A stretch of 64,000 nt of DNA from Vicugna vicugna (GCA_013265495.1 MU058636.1:5677741-5741740); one strand, 5' to 3'. Positions 24,248 through 38,801 are shown, counted from the first letter of the stretch. Notes: generated by a model from the sequence alone, not told the origin. A program made the numbers and translations.

Positions 24248-26889
24248 TCTATTTTAAAAGCCACACATAAACCAAAAAAAACCCCAAAACCTCCACATTT
24301 ACAAAGAATGTGAGGGAGATAGATGAGTTTTAAGAATCAAAGGATGGAAATCAACTTGATTCAAGGTCAGCATGACCCCAATTTTTATCTCTATCTGAAA
24401 ACAAGACTTATTATTGTATTGTGACTTCAGGATTAGAAAAAACACATACGTATCTATTTCTCCAACTCTCCCAGGGGAGTATAAAAAGGTATGAAAACTA
24501 TCGTAATTAAATGAATACCTCTTAAGAAATCCAACTCTTAAGAAGCCCAGCTTTAATATTCCTTCAAAAATTACAATTGCAGTGGCCTTAAGGACATGCT
24601 AATGTTTTACTGTTTAATTTAATACTTGTTAACCAAGGTTAAATAAGTAGAATTTGATTTATTAAAATACATCATAAACACAATGAGAAAATTTTCTGGA
24701 CAATTAATTTTTAAATTAGCCGTTTCCTCATGCCCATTTTCCTCATAATTTAGCTTTTGAGAACAGAAGGATGATTGTCAGACTATTTCAGTATTTATTA
24801 ATTACAGCTCTGGTCCTAAAATATAATGGTTATAGAAGAAATTCTATGGACAGTCACACAAAGCTTTCCTCACTATAATCCTGTAGGTGATCTGTAAAAC
24901 TCTAAAAACATTTGAAAAAATTTCAAATCAATGTATTTTTTAGGGTTTCATGGATCCCCAGTGGACCCAAGATCAATTCGGTAATTGTTTTGGTAGTTTT
25001 CATAATAGGGTAACTCTATTATATTCTATATGAAGATAAGGGTTTACCAGTAATATCCCTTTGAATTTGTTAGGTCTCAATGTTAGGTCTCTGTTGCATT
25101 GTCAAACTGGTATTTCAGCTTATGTACTCTTCATCCTATTTACATATATGGTACATAAATTTGAACTATGAATATTTATAATACAAAGTAACATTTATTT
25201 TACAGAACAACTCAGGAGGAATTAATTATTTTTATTGCTACAGCACGTCATGGAAAAGATGGTAACATGCATTGGAAATAAGTGATTTGATGAAGAGCTG
25301 CATTTGATTACAGCAGAGCTAGGCACATACATATGAGTAGGTATAGAATAGGTGTAGAACAAAAGACTGAATGAGGGAATGAATATGTACTCCTAAATTT
25401 AACAAAACAATAAGGGAAGGTTACTAACGTTCATTGAGTGTCTACCATTTAGAGGTATTCTTTGTACATTATTATGTAACAGCAGAGCCAATTATCATTA
25501 TACAAGCAATTAAAGAGGAGAAAACTGAGAGTGAGAAAGAGGAAGTAAATTGTCCAAGGTTACATGACTATTAAGTAGCAAATCTGGAAAGCAAACTTGG
25601 AAATGGTTTTGACCCCTATTCTTATACTTTTATTCATCCTATGTTGCCTCGGAGAGATGAAGATGAAGATCTGAACATTTAAAATTATGACATTCTTGAA
25701 CATGGTTTAAAAAAAAGCCCTTTCTTCTCCAAGTTTTGGCGACTGCTCTTTGCGCAGTAGAAGAAGGTTGAATTAAGAGTATATTAACAGTCCTTACAGT
25801 GCTGAAGAGAGCCCTGACTTCCCTTTGGATCCATGTAGCAGATGGACTCCAATATCCGGAGTGTCCTGACATGAGCCCTAATGTAACCTCTTTCTCATTG
25901 AGACCTAACAAATTCAAAGGGATATTATTGGTAAACCCTTATCTCATGAAACCTTTTTCTCTGACAAAGCTATGGGATATATTTTCATTTTCAAAGCGAA
26001 ACTCGTTAACTTTCATCTGTTTCTAATTGATGTAAAACAAGAAGTGGGATTACATTTCTCATACCCCTTACCCAATTTCAGCTTCCACAAACTTCTCCTG
26101 GAAAGGTTAGGACAACAGAGATGAGCAGAGACACTTTTTTTTTCAGCGTCACCTCCTCTGACCCCCTCCCTCTTGCCCTGAAGTTCTTCTGTGAACTGCC
26201 TGTTGAAGACACTGTTCAAAATTAATTAATTTCGTAGACCTAATGACACAAGGAAAATGGTTTCAGTTGCTTTATGTTTTCTTTTGCTACTTGAAGTCAG
26301 AGAATTTACTTTACAGAAACTGTCACTGTTAGTCAGCTTTAATAATTCGTAAACCCAGTGATAGTCACAGATCTATCATAATCTAAATGGCATACGGGAA
26401 CAAATACTATTATTGGATGAACCTGTGAACCCGGATTAACGTATCTGCATTAAGTGTTGATGTTTTATGTGAAGTTCAAGGGGCTGATTACCTTGCCAAA
26501 ATAACCCTGACTGACATTCTCATTTAGGACCAAAATGTGCTTTATTTCCCACTTCTCCTCCAGCCCTGTGTGCTTGACCATCTTCCTGTTCTTCGCACAG
26601 CTTCGTCTCAGACCCTCCTTTTGGTAGTTCCAATAGTTGAGTCTACACTTTCCCTGCATTTTGGTAAACAGGTTTTTCTCTGTCTTTATACTCTGGCCTC
26701 AGTCAGCCTCTGACCAGATTAAATAATTACCTTGGCTGCTTCCTATTCTCTTTCCTGATGTTTAGAGAGAGGCACCATTAACCCTAGACATCCCAGAAAA
26801 TCAACCAATGCATCCATTCCCTTGTTGGGGCCCCACTGCAATGAATTTCAGCAACTCATATCTTTCCATCACATGCCACTGCACCCGAA

Positions 26890-27335
26890 CATGAATATAC
26901 AAAATGTGGCATATACATGCAATGGAAGATTACTCAGCTTTAAAAAGAATGAAATTCTGGTATATACTACAAAGCAGATGAACCCTGAAGACATTATGCT
27001 AACTGAAATAAGTCAGACTCAAAAAGAAAAATACCTCATTTGAGGTACTTAGAGTAGTCAAATTTGTAGAGACCAAAAATAGAATGATGATTGTCAGGGT
27101 TTGGAGGAAGGGAGAGAAGGACCTAATATTTAATGACAGCAGAGTTTTAGTTCAGGAACATAAAAAAAAATCTCTGGGGATGGGTGATGGTGATGGTTGC
27201 ACAATAATGTGAATGTACTTATTGCTACTGAACTGTACACTTAAAAATGGTTAACATGGTACTTTGTGGGTTTTATGTATATACATATATATATATATTT
27301 ACCACAATAAAAAATAAAACAAAATTTGAAAAAAT
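26890..27335 (+). mobile_element. L1MB-like 3' end
   Basis: gatgaaccctgaagacattatgctaactgaaataagtcagac ... ggtgatggttgcacaataatgtgaatgtactt...actgaactgtacacttaaaaatggttaa, followed by an A-rich tail. Confidence 0.88.
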
Positions 27336-28486
27336 CAAGTAAAAATAAAACTGGAAATGACTGAAGATATTTAAGGAAATAATATTTAAGAAAAGTGCTT
27401 TTGTTATTCTGTCAATGAATGCTCTATTTAAAAAATAAAGGAGAAGAGATTCACATATTAAACCTCCTTGTTTTATCAGGGTAGAAGCTCAGTCCTAAAG
27501 AGATTAAATTATGAGTTAAGAAAACTGGTTAATATGGCAGAGCTAAAACTAGAAACCCCTGATCCTGTGACTCTCAAACCAGAGCCTTTCCATTATCCCA
27601 GAGGTACCTCCCTCTCTTTTTAGTGATAGTTGACATTTTTGATACACAGTTCTTAGAAGAAGGAAGGGATTGCTAAACTTCCAACAAAAATATTAGTGGA
27701 TTTCCAGTTCTCAATGCAAGTATTGCATTACTTACAGCGGATAATATTCCCAGACGTGCTGATGTCATTTGACAGCCAGAATACGGCATCCTGACCAACA
27801 GGCCAGTTAGTGGAAGGGCCAGATGTTAGATGAGCACGAGGACCAGTTATAAGATCCTTTCGATCCTGTGAATTTGTTGGTAAACCAGATGTCCAGAGTT
27901 GTGCAGTGTATGTTGATGAGGAGCGGCCACAGTGGGCTTAGGAACGTGATGTGTGAATCCTGGCACCTGCATAGCCCTCTGAGGGACTTCCCCCTCTCCC
28001 ATTCTGCCTTGGGTGAAACTGCTCTGACATGAGTTGTCACTTAAGACTCCTGTTAACCACCCAGAATCCTGGCTTGTGATAGCAGTGATGTTCTGCAACT
28101 CTCCCTAATTCGGTCAATTTTCATATAGTATCAGACACTTTGCTTGTAGTTAAGATCTCGCAGCACTATTCATCTGACTGTTGACCATCAGTAATGGAAT
28201 TATATAAAGCTTCTATGTCTAGGAGCCAGGCATCATGCGAATTGTTTTAACTCAGTCTCTCTAATCCTAACATTAATCCTGCAAAAATGGGCTGGATTAT
28301 TTTCATTTTGAAGATTATGAAACAGACACTCAGATTAAAATGGTTTTATCCAATTCTTGTAAACAACTACGCATGTACCCTAAATAGTTCTGCTTCTCAT
28401 ACATTATCATCGCTGACCTTTAAACATTTCTCCACCAGTCCCAACTCCAGATTATAATTCAGATCTTTACACTACACCTATCTAGA

Positions 28487-28655
28487 CCAGTGCTTCTCAG
28501 ACTTTAATGTGCATCTCTAGTGTACCTGAGTATCTTGCTAAAATGCAGATTTTGATTCAGTAGGTCTGAGATGGAGTCTGAGATCCTGCATTTCTAACAT
28601 TTTTTCAGATGCTGCTAATGTGGCTGATCCTTAGACAGTAATCTGAGAAGCAAGA
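28487..28655 (+). mobile_element. MER5A-like hAT-Charlie MITE
   Basis: cagtgcttctcagactttaatgtgcat...aaaatgcagattttgattcagtaggtctgagatgg...ctgcatttctaaca...tgagaagca. Confidence 0.85.
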
Positions 28656-28661
28656 TTATAG

Positions 28662-28972
28662 AACTGTCCTTCCCACTGTTGAAGCTTTTACTACATATGG
28701 CTACTAAGCACTCACAATGTACTAGTCTGAACAGAGATGTGCAGCAAAACCGGATTTTGACAACTTAGTCTAAAAAGAAGGGTGTAAAATATCTCATACT
28801 TTTTATTTTGATTACATGTTAAAAATAATACTATTTTGGACATGTTGGGTTGAATATAGTGTATTATTAAAATCAGCATTACCCATTTCTCTTTTTCTCT
28901 TTTAAATTGACTACCAGAAAATTTAAATTTGCATACATGGCTCACATTGTATTTCCATCGGACAATGCTGCT
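28662..28972 (-). mobile_element. MER33-like hAT-Charlie MITE
   Basis: Reverse complement reads cagcattgtccgatggaaatacaatgtgagcca...aaattttctggtag...aacatgtaatcaa...tgagatattttaca, matching the recalled MER33 layout. Confidence 0.8.
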
Positions 28973-30108
28973 GTAGGTAATCCTCCTGAGCCTTCTCCAC
29001 CCATTCAAATGTCACCTTCAAGGGCGGGCTCAAATCCTCCTTCTCTAGTGTCCTCCTTGTGTTCTCACCTCAGATGGCCTCTCCTACTTGTCCAACTCCC
29101 ATGGCCTATATGTCATTTAGTACATATTGCCTTGTGTTGCTAAAGATTACATGTCTGTATCTTGCTGGCTAGGTAGTGAGTTCCTGAAATTCCAAGCCTG
29201 TATTTAATTCTTTATTGTGTAAAATCGTATCTTATTCCTCTTTGTTTTGACAGCCCCTAGAAAAGTATCTACCTTCTAATAGATTCTCAGTGATGGCCAC
29301 CAAATAAATTATGAACCTGAAAAGTCTGCCATGACCTTGTATGCTTTAAAGTGCTTAGCATCACACATTTAAAAAGAAGGGCCTAAATTATGGTGTGGGT
29401 CAGTCCCAGCCAATCTCAGTGCATTGATCACTGTGTTCTTGGGCTGCCTGACCTGCTGTCCTCTCTGCTAAGGGAATTCTCAATAACTGTAATAGAAACC
29501 TAATCAAAACATAATTAGGAAGGCAAACTACTGTAAAAAGCCATCATATAATGCATTCCAGCAAGAGATTTGGGCATTATCTGCACCACTGGTTTTCTCC
29601 TTTAGGATAATTAAAAGTTGATTGAAAGAGAATTGCCTAAAAATAAAGAAGGTGACTGCTTCTCTTTCACTACCGTTGGCATGATTAAAATGAGAAACTT
29701 GAGAAGGCCCTTGGCTGGAAGTAAGGGTCATATTCCAAATGTTGTATCAAACAAGATTTAAGAAGCATATACTCATCTTCAATCTGAGGCTAAATGATCA
29801 CTGCCTTCTAGTATTAAATATACTTCCTGGTAAATCTTCATTCATTAATTCTTCACTTACTCACTTATTCACCCCTGACTTAACTCACAGGCCTACGCCT
29901 TCGACCAGCAATTTGTGGAGCACCTCCAATGTCAGGTACTGGTGATCCAGAATTCACAAGGCAATCCAGTGCAAGAGATGGACACACATAACTTCTTAAA
30001 TAAAAACAAGTTTTCCGACCATTCTCTTTCCCTACTAACTTCTGAAATAGATCTGGTAATGTTTTTAATTTTCTGACCAATCATGTATATATCAGTGTCA
30101 TTATTCAG

Positions 30109-30209
30109 TTTGGAAAAAATAATTTTAAGTCCTCCAAGCATTCTGAAAGGGCGTTAAGCATATCTAGCGCTGAAGATGCTTTGAGGACTTAAAAGTATTC
30201 TTTTCCAAA
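30109..30209. repeat. Imperfect inverted repeat (33/34-nt arms, 34-nt spacer)
   Basis: Left arm tttggaaaaaataattttaagtcctccaagcat; reverse complement of the right arm tttggaaaagaatacttttaagtcctcaaagcat; 31 pairs, 2 mismatches, 1 bulge. Confidence 0.92.
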
Positions 30210-33114
30210 TTACAGGGTTTTTTTTAAAAAAAGGTTTTTGGCACTTGTGTAACAGAGCTACATTATGGAAAAGAGCCCCTTAAAATCTAACATATGCAAT
30301 TTTTATAGTCTAATAATGTTTGGAATTTTGTGTTCATTTCGTTTTTAAGACATGCCTGACTCTTGTCAGTAGCAGCCTCCTCAAGAGCTTTCTGCATGCT
30401 CTCACCTCACTTGCCTGGCACTGCAGAGGTCCACTGCCGGGCAAGGGCAGATGCGTTAGTCAGAATCCACATCTCAGGGAACCCTAGCCTGTCGTTCACT
30501 GCATCCATCCACACTGATTTCCGAGTGGTAAGATCTAGCTAATAGTGTCTGGAGTAACACTATGGACTTTCTGTTAATGAAAATTCTCACTGTTGGAACT
30601 TTATCTTATTTATAATGTTAAAAAAAAAAGGAAGGAAATGCCAGTTTGAAAACTCATTTTCAATTAAAAATGCTTATTTGCTTATGTTACATGCATATAT
30701 CAGTAGATCTTGATGGGACTGTACATCCCCTCCTAGAATCTAAGTTCTTGAGCGGCAGGGATTTTGTCTTCTTCCACATTGTAGTTCCCACAGTGTGCTC
30801 AATAAGGTCTTCTAAATTGAAACAATATCTATGACAGCATAAGCTAGGCATGATGGAAGGGAAAGGCATTAATATTTCTAAGTCTCATTTCACCACTGTC
30901 ATCAGAATAAATGTGACCGTTCTTCTTTCTCAGAAAAAAAATAATCTATTTGATATCCCACTGTAATCATGTTCTGTGAGAAAAATGAGTCGGTTCATTT
31001 TTCAGGAGCTACACAAGTCTGTGTGTATGAGGAGCTCCCTGTAGCCAGGCTCTGTATGACAGTCATTAATCCAGTGGTGACACTGGAACAGAAAAAAAAA
31101 TTAATTTCTTGCCCTGAGATAGATGGAGGAAAAAAAAGAAGCATAAAAATCTATTATTTGGACAGCTTTAAGCTCTGACCTACATAAGAAAGCTAATGCA
31201 ATAGTGATGCTCACTCATTAATTAAAATTCTTTCAGTATGCATTTTGTATTAACTGTGTATTTTATATTCACATTATGCATTAGGCTTGTATGTCCATAT
31301 TACTAATATTGGTTATTAAGGATCTGCCAGCAGTCTGTTTTTTAGCAACGTGGTTTTGAATCATAGGAAACCAATATTTGGCATATTATTTGTCATCTAT
31401 ACTGAAGATTTTTTTCCCTCCAAACTTAATCAGAATTAATTCCCTTTATTTTAGTTACAAAGCAACAAAGCCAAATGGTTTGAGACCAGTGGATGGATTT
31501 TTAAAATTCAGACATAAAAGATGATTTTTAAAATTTATTCATGCATATGGATCAAATCTCCTTTGGTACTCAAAAAATAAAAAACAGTTTTTAAAATTTG
31601 CATCAGTTTTCAAACCATTGTATTATACCATATGTTTAATTCATTTGTTTTTTTCCATAATTTACCCCAAATTCCAAATGGTTATTTCAGACCTGAGATC
31701 AGGAGGGATTGGGAATCATAAGACAATTAGAAAGATACATTGTGTTGCTTAGGAGACTGACAATGGAATAGAACTCTAAGGCCCCCTGTCCTTACCAGAG
31801 AACAGCTGTTTACAGGAAATGGGAGAGTCCAGACATCAGAGGTGCAGTTGTAAACCCTGATAATCCAACATTTTGGGGCTAGAATGCCTTTTGAGGTCTT
31901 AAAAGAATTATTTTATTCTATAAGAAGAGCAACAGAGAAATTAAATACTTGGCTTAAGATCATAGGACTTGTTAATGGCTAGTTCCTGATTCCTTGCCAG
32001 GCCAAATTTCTGACCCCAGGATACACTGAGAACTTGAGAAACTTTGAAATAGTTTTGTTTGGTGAGGAAATTTTCAATGAAATTCAACAAATGTTTATTG
32101 AGTACTTTCTACCAAGTGGAGCTAATGCAACCTTAAGGCCCAGCCCTTTGAAAAAGTTCTGCTCAGTGTACCAGCTGGAGTGGATTGGAAAGAGGCAGTA
32201 GGACTAGATTGGGAATATCTGTGTTTAGAACATCATAGGGAGAGGATAGAAGGCCAGTTGGATGAGGGAATGATGACGGGCAGCTGATAGAGGAATGGGA
32301 CGATTCCAGAGATGCTCATCGGCACAAGGGGTCAACATTTCAGGGCTGAGGATCTGTGAACCATGGCAATGACTCTCACCAGATTATGGAGTGGAAAATG
32401 TTTGCTTTCCTTAAACCCTCAGGACCTAACCTGAGCATTTCCACTTCCTCTGCACCCACAACCTCCAAACTCTGTCTTCTGGAATAATTAGACCCACATG
32501 ACATCTAGTTGCAGATTCAGCCCCAAGCTAGTCTTGTCTAAGTCAGGAAGAATTTAAGAAGGCACGCTCAATTCCGAGGGGTCACAGCATAAGTTAGTAC
32601 ATTCTCTGAACTAGAGTTCCAAATACCAGTAACAGGCTCCTTGTTCCTGAGACCAATCTTTCTTAAATTGCCTCTCCACCCACAAAACGTGTGCCAATCT
32701 CTGGACTGGATTCGTATGTCAGGACTCACCTGCTCAGGATGTATCATCGCTCTAGAGATGGTATCAGCCCAAGCCTGAGAGAATCCTCAGGGGCAGGCAG
32801 CTGCCTAGGCTCTTTAAGTAGCACCTGCTTCCAGTTCCTGTTTGTCTTTCCATCCAGCCTCACTTTGTTCTGAGCCTTGCGTGGGTTTTAGGTTCAGCAA
32901 GACCTGCCTACCAAGTACTACTAGAGGTCTCATTTGAATTATTGGCTCTGTCAAGGCTCTTTCTACCATAATTAATTATCTCATTCCTGGTTGCATCACA
33001 AGATCCCACAAAAGCTAAAGTCACCTCTAGAGTATAATTCGTTTAAACAGTAAAATTTAGAGTTTGTTTTTCACTAGACCTTACTAAAATACTAGGATTA
33101 CTTTTAAAAATTAT

Positions 33115-33725
33115 TTATTTTTAAAATTGTGGTAAAATATAAGTAAAATTTACTATTTTAACCAAATGTCCAGTTTAGTGACATTAAGTACATTCATATT
33201 GTTATGCAACCCTCACCACCATCCATCTTCAGAACTTTTTTATCTTCCCCAACTGAAATTCTATACCCATTAAACACTAATTCTCCATTTTCCTCTCCCC
33301 CCTAATCCTTGGCAGTTACCATTATACTCTCAGTCTCTGTGAATTTGACCACTCTAGGAACCTCACATGAGTAGAACCATACAATATTTGTCCATTTATG
33401 ACTGGCTTAGTTCATTTAGCTTAGTTCATAATGTCTTCAAGTTTCATCCATGTTGTAACAGGTACTAGATTGTACTTTCTTAGTGAAGGTGAATAACATT
33501 TCATCATATGTATATACTGCATTTTGTTTATCCATTCATCTGTTGATGGTCACTTGAGTTGCTTCCACCTTTTGGCTATTGTGAATAATGCTGCTAGGAA
33601 CATGTGTGTACAAATGTGTGCCCTAGTTCTTGCTTTCAATTCTTTTGCATGTATATCCAGAAATGAAATTGCTGGATCATATGGTGATTTGATGTTTAAT
33701 TTTTTGAGGAACCTCTATACTATTT
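33115..33725 (-). mobile_element. L1MB-like 3' end
   Basis: aattgtggtaaaata...ttaagtacattcatattgttatgcaacc...tttatccattcatctgttgatgg...ttgctggatcatatggt...tttttgaggaacctc is the antisense L1 3' end. Confidence 0.9.
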
Positions 33726-36700
33726 TAGAATTTCTTTTTAAATCTGACATTCAATAGTAACGTCTTGCCACCCTCCTTTTCGTTTATATGTATTTTAAAG
33801 ATAACAGTAAAATGACTCTGACTGTGTATATACTGATTGTTTGTGAGAGAATGTTTCATTATCTATGAAAGAGAGCTTAAGTGTGTTGAAGTTTGGGTGA
33901 ATAACAGGGTATGAGAGTTGAGCAGAAAGTGGAAAACCCCTATCCAGTAAGACCTGAATAATGTGGATCATCTGGAGATCTTGTAACTGTGGAAATCCAC
34001 TAAGTGACTTTAAGAGCCCCTCCCTAGCATAATGCAGTGCTTTATATAAGGTTATGGTGAGTTGAAAATAAAATGGATCACAAGGGTTACATTTTTTTCA
34101 TAGACAGTTTAAATTATAATGAGAGCAGAGTTTGAAATCCTTTAAGGTTAAGAAGGAAAGTGTTAATATCATATAAGAAGTTATCCCTAATTTCAGTTAT
34201 ACCTGACTTTCTAAGAACATTGGAAATCTTCAATCTAAGATAAATGAGATGTGCGTATACAGATGCACTCTAAACAAATGACTTAATGTGTGTCCTAAGG
34301 AACAGATTCACTCATGTTTTTGCAGTTTATTGCAACATAATAAAGCAGCAAGCTGGAAAAGTCTTGTTTTGTCAGCATGGCATGGGTTTTAGTAATTATG
34401 GAATGGCCAGATTTAAATCCCAGTGATTTAATCATATCCTAAAATACTCTCCTACAAATTGTTGCAAGATGGCTCTGCTAAAACAAACAAACACAGCTCT
34501 AACTGAGTTTCTACAAATTATGTTGAAACTTAACCATTATAACAGCCAATTCTTTGTTCATGTGCTGTTCATTCTTTAGATTATACTTCTCTCTGGGATT
34601 TGTAATCTGAGTTTGAAATCAGATGCTCTGCCAGATATTACCCAATTGACTTAAGTCCAAGGACTAGCCCATTATGTAATTTGTGAGTTGATTGTTCTGA
34701 GCTCTGATTTATTAAGCTGATGGCTAATTTTGTCATTAGGGGCTGCCTGTACCTGGAGATAGGACATGCATGCATTCACTGTAGAAAACTGAAAAATTAT
34801 ATTTGTTTTGATCATCATGTTTCAAAGGCTAATTGTTGGTATTTTCATTATTTCTATTATGGACAGAAAGCCCCGAGTAAAAGGGTTAAATCACCCAATT
34901 ATATTTATATCCTTTTAAAAATGCTTTATTCTACTAAGGTTTATCATTTCATGGTTTAGGTCATGAACCCCCATAGTAATAATAAATGGCATAAAGGAAT
35001 GTCTGCAACATATGTATCATTACTGACCATTACTCTCATGTGGTTCTGTGTTCTTGGTTAAGAGAATTATCAAGACTCTTCCCATTTAGTCACACCACCT
35101 TTATTCCATTACATGGTAGGTTAGGCAGTAGGTATTGGTGAAATGTAGATGAACAAGATTTGGTCTCTTCCCTCGAGAAGCTCAAACTCTAGTTAGGTGG
35201 AAGTTGGATGAATGTTAGTGGCTGTTAGTTGGTAGATCTGAACAATGACATACCTTGTTGACAGAAAAATAAATGAGTGTCTGATAATGCTATTTATTCT
35301 ACCACTTTTCTTCAACAGCCTGCCTATCAGTCATGCCATCTTTGCCACTGAATCCCAGCCTCTAGGGCACTCCTGACGTGGCCACCAAGGGGCTCATGAT
35401 CTTTTCTCCACTGGCTGACATTAATGTCCTTTCCTTTTATACCATTTCTTCTACTCCCAGAGATTTTGTACCCTATAGCCCACCCACACAGCCCCCTTTG
35501 AACTTAGTCCTCCCTGAAACCACCACATAGTAAGAGAAAAACCTGGTTTGATGGGTGTGAAATTTCCCTAGGAACATTCAGTGTGAGGATAGAAACAAAA
35601 AGACAGAGGGTAGAGGATCAAATTTTGAATCAAACTCTACCCTCAAATGTCTCTGAAGGAAAATCTCATAATTGTGCCCTTAGGCTCCAACTCAAATGAA
35701 TGATTTTTAGCTCATTTAGTTCATTAAGGTCTCTTTGTTCATTCATCTATCCCATTAATACTGTATTTTATTATAATGATTTGCTTATGCATCTTATCAC
35801 CCCTGTTTAAGACCAAGGTCCTCAAGTATGGAAATAGTGGTAATATCATATAATATGACAGAAAAAGTCTTAGTTTTTCATAACTTCCATCAGTAATATG
35901 TCCCCCCTTTTTTTATGAAGATAACTGATACTTTCTCATATGAAAAGAATGAGTAAAGACATCTTCAAAAATTTTTTGTGAATTTTTTAACTGATCTGTA
36001 ACTCATAATCTAAATTTTAAAAATTCATCTGAAATGCAGACACAGCTTCATGACAAATCTCTTAGCTCCTAAATTGTCATCCCTAAATGTCTAGATAGAA
36101 ATTCTGGAAGCGCCCTTAGTCAGGAGCTGGGTCTTTTTCATCTTTGGGTCACTAACTTTTAAATCCATGCCTAGAAAGCAGTAGCCCTCCTTAAGGGTTT
36201 CCTGAATGATTCATGATCGTAAGAAATCTAGACCTCAAGAGCTTTCTTTCCTTTATAACAAGCTAAGGAAATATTCACAATTTGCCACGATGGAAGAAAG
36301 TCTCTGGAAGTGATACCTGCAAGGAGGGAATTTCAAATGTGGAAACTTCAATAAAAAAATCATCCAGTGGTTTCTCTTTCAACTTCCCTTGAGAAATAGC
36401 CCCATCCTTGTTCTATTGTGCTTGGTTTTATTTTAAGCATCCTGACACAAATGAAGTTTATTTTTTGTTCTCATTAATTTATTTGAAAAGCAGCAATTAA
36501 GGAAACATTGAGTGCCAGCCTTAAAACTTGTCGCATGGTCCCGTGAACTCCCTCTGCACTGATTATACTCATAGTGCTGGAACTAGACCCTTTCTCTTAA
36601 GGAGCACAAAGGCTTCCAAAGAAAAACATCTCAAACTCTTTTCTTGAAATCACATGAGAAGTTTGAGGATTTCAGCAACACTCTTAGGAAAAGATTCCTA

Positions 36701-36989
36701 CTCCTTTTTTCCTTTTATACACACTTCTCTATTTTTATTAGTTACTTAATAACGTTCACCAGTTTCCTTATTAATAAATAAAACATCTTTCCTGGAAGCT
36801 CAGGTGAAATTAATTGGCTCTACTCTCCTCATTAAGGTTTTGGAAAACAGCATGGACAAATAATCCTAAATTACTGTGCCTTGCCAACCACAAACAATTT
36901 CTACAAGCAGGTCTTTTTTATGGAGCACTTCCAATCAAAAGCAACAAATTTTAAAGAGGCAGTGCACAGTGACTATGAACTAGCAATAA

Positions 36990-38060
36990 AAGAGAGACAG
37001 ATAGAGAAACCCACTGAGAGACAGAGAGAGAAAACGAAGACTTCTTTTTAATAGAATGCCAGCTGATAAATGTGGAAGGAATATAGAACTAAGAAAATCA
37101 CCATTTGGCAACTCTCAACATTAATACATGATGCTGGCAAGATCCGGATCAACAATGGATGCTTAAACTATTGGCTGAAGGGTTGTTGTGAAATTGAATA
37201 TTCACATGATTTCAAAGTTTCACAATGTAGATTACTTACAAATGACAAATGGAAAATGTACCTTTATAATGAAGACATCTGGTAATCACCGTCTTAACTA
37301 GGTGATCAAACAGCCTCACCCAAAAAGTAAACTCCCTGATTTTATTTGCTATCATCTGACTTTGTTTGATTTGATATAATAAGTATACAATATCACCTAT
37401 GCAATTTTCTTGGTAAATATGTTTAGCCTATATCAAATTATGAAGAAACTATATACAAATTTACGGTGTGGGATGTTCCAGAAGATACTAATCTGGACTC
37501 AAAAAAAGTCGATGTCATGAAAAACAGAATAGGGAGAGGACTATTCCAGATAAATATGATCAAATAGACCAAAAACAAACAAACAAAAAAAGAAAAAGAA
37601 AAAAAAGGAAGAAAGGAAGGAAGGAAAGAAGAAAGAAATGTATAGTGCAAATCTTCATTGGATCTAGTATTTTAAAAATCTATAAAAGACAGCATTAAGA
37701 CAATTGGAGAACTTAAATACATGATACATTATATGATGGTCAATTTACTTAAGTCTCATGGGTAGTTGTTGAGGGCATTTTGGGTATAAGAATATATATA
37801 TAATAAGATACAATATAAAATAAAATATTCATGAGTTGCTATTTTTTAACTAAATAGTTTAGCATAAAAATGCATATTTACCTGTGTTTTATATTTGTGT
37901 ATGTACATATATATACACAAATATACATATACCCATATACATAGAAAAAAGCAAATGGGTAAAATGTTAATTTCGGAATCTAGGTGAAGGTTTTGTTATA
38001 TTCATATTCTATTTTCTCTGTAGACTTAAATTTTTTCAATGTGAAAACTGAGGGAAAACA
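36990..38060 (+). mobile_element. L1MC4/L1MC5-like 3' region with internal A/G-rich tract
   Basis: atagaatgccagctgataaatgtggaagga, catttggcaac, ggagactattccagataa, ggaatctaggtgaagg, resembling old L1MC 3' UTRs. Confidence 0.7.
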
Positions 38061-38801
38061 AGGAGATTATATATAAACTTTTGACCAAAAGCATTACAAT
38101 CAGTTAATACTGTTATAAAAATTTATAAATCAGCCTTAAAAAAAACACCTGTTTTTACCTATTTTTTACCTATTGCCATTTAATAGGTCTGTGATATTAG
38201 ATGGAGTGCTTAACCTCTGAATGAATTTTTCTAATCTATAAAATGGGAGATGATGCTCATAAAAAAACAGGACAAAGAGACCAGGGCTATCCCCAAACTT
38301 GGGTTTGAATATCCTTCTCTATGTACTATAGTATGAAAGGAGAAAATGCTCACATTATTGTCACTTTCCTCTCATCCCTTTCCTTTCTCAAGTAAAACTT
38401 GGGTCAAAAAAAGAAAAGCACCTTTCAATTTTCAATAAAATTATAATTCTACTCGTGTCTTTTGGTGGATAATTGCCATGTGCAGCTCAGGACATAGTGG
38501 AAGATTTAAGATAAAGAAACTGGAAAATTGTTGTTGCCCTTAATGATTACATCTATTTGATGCCTCATGATAGCGAATAAGGGTTAAACTCAATTAACCA
38601 TTTTTTCCCCATGTTTCAGAGTGTTTTTTTTATTCTGCTGTGGCCAGCATACCTTGATTTCTGTTGCTAGGAAACCTAAAAGGCTCTTTTAGTCTTCACG
38701 GAAACCATGCTTAATGTAGTCACTTGGCTGATTCTTTATTGGCTGTTGACTTGAGGTCAACTCAAGAGAAGACCACCCCAAACCCTTGCAAGGTAGAATA
38801 C

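Noticed and set aside
27807..28098. Overlapping minus-strand ORFs in a GC-richer patch
   Set aside because: Non-ATG starts, no homology I can recognise, and no processed-pseudogene hallmarks.
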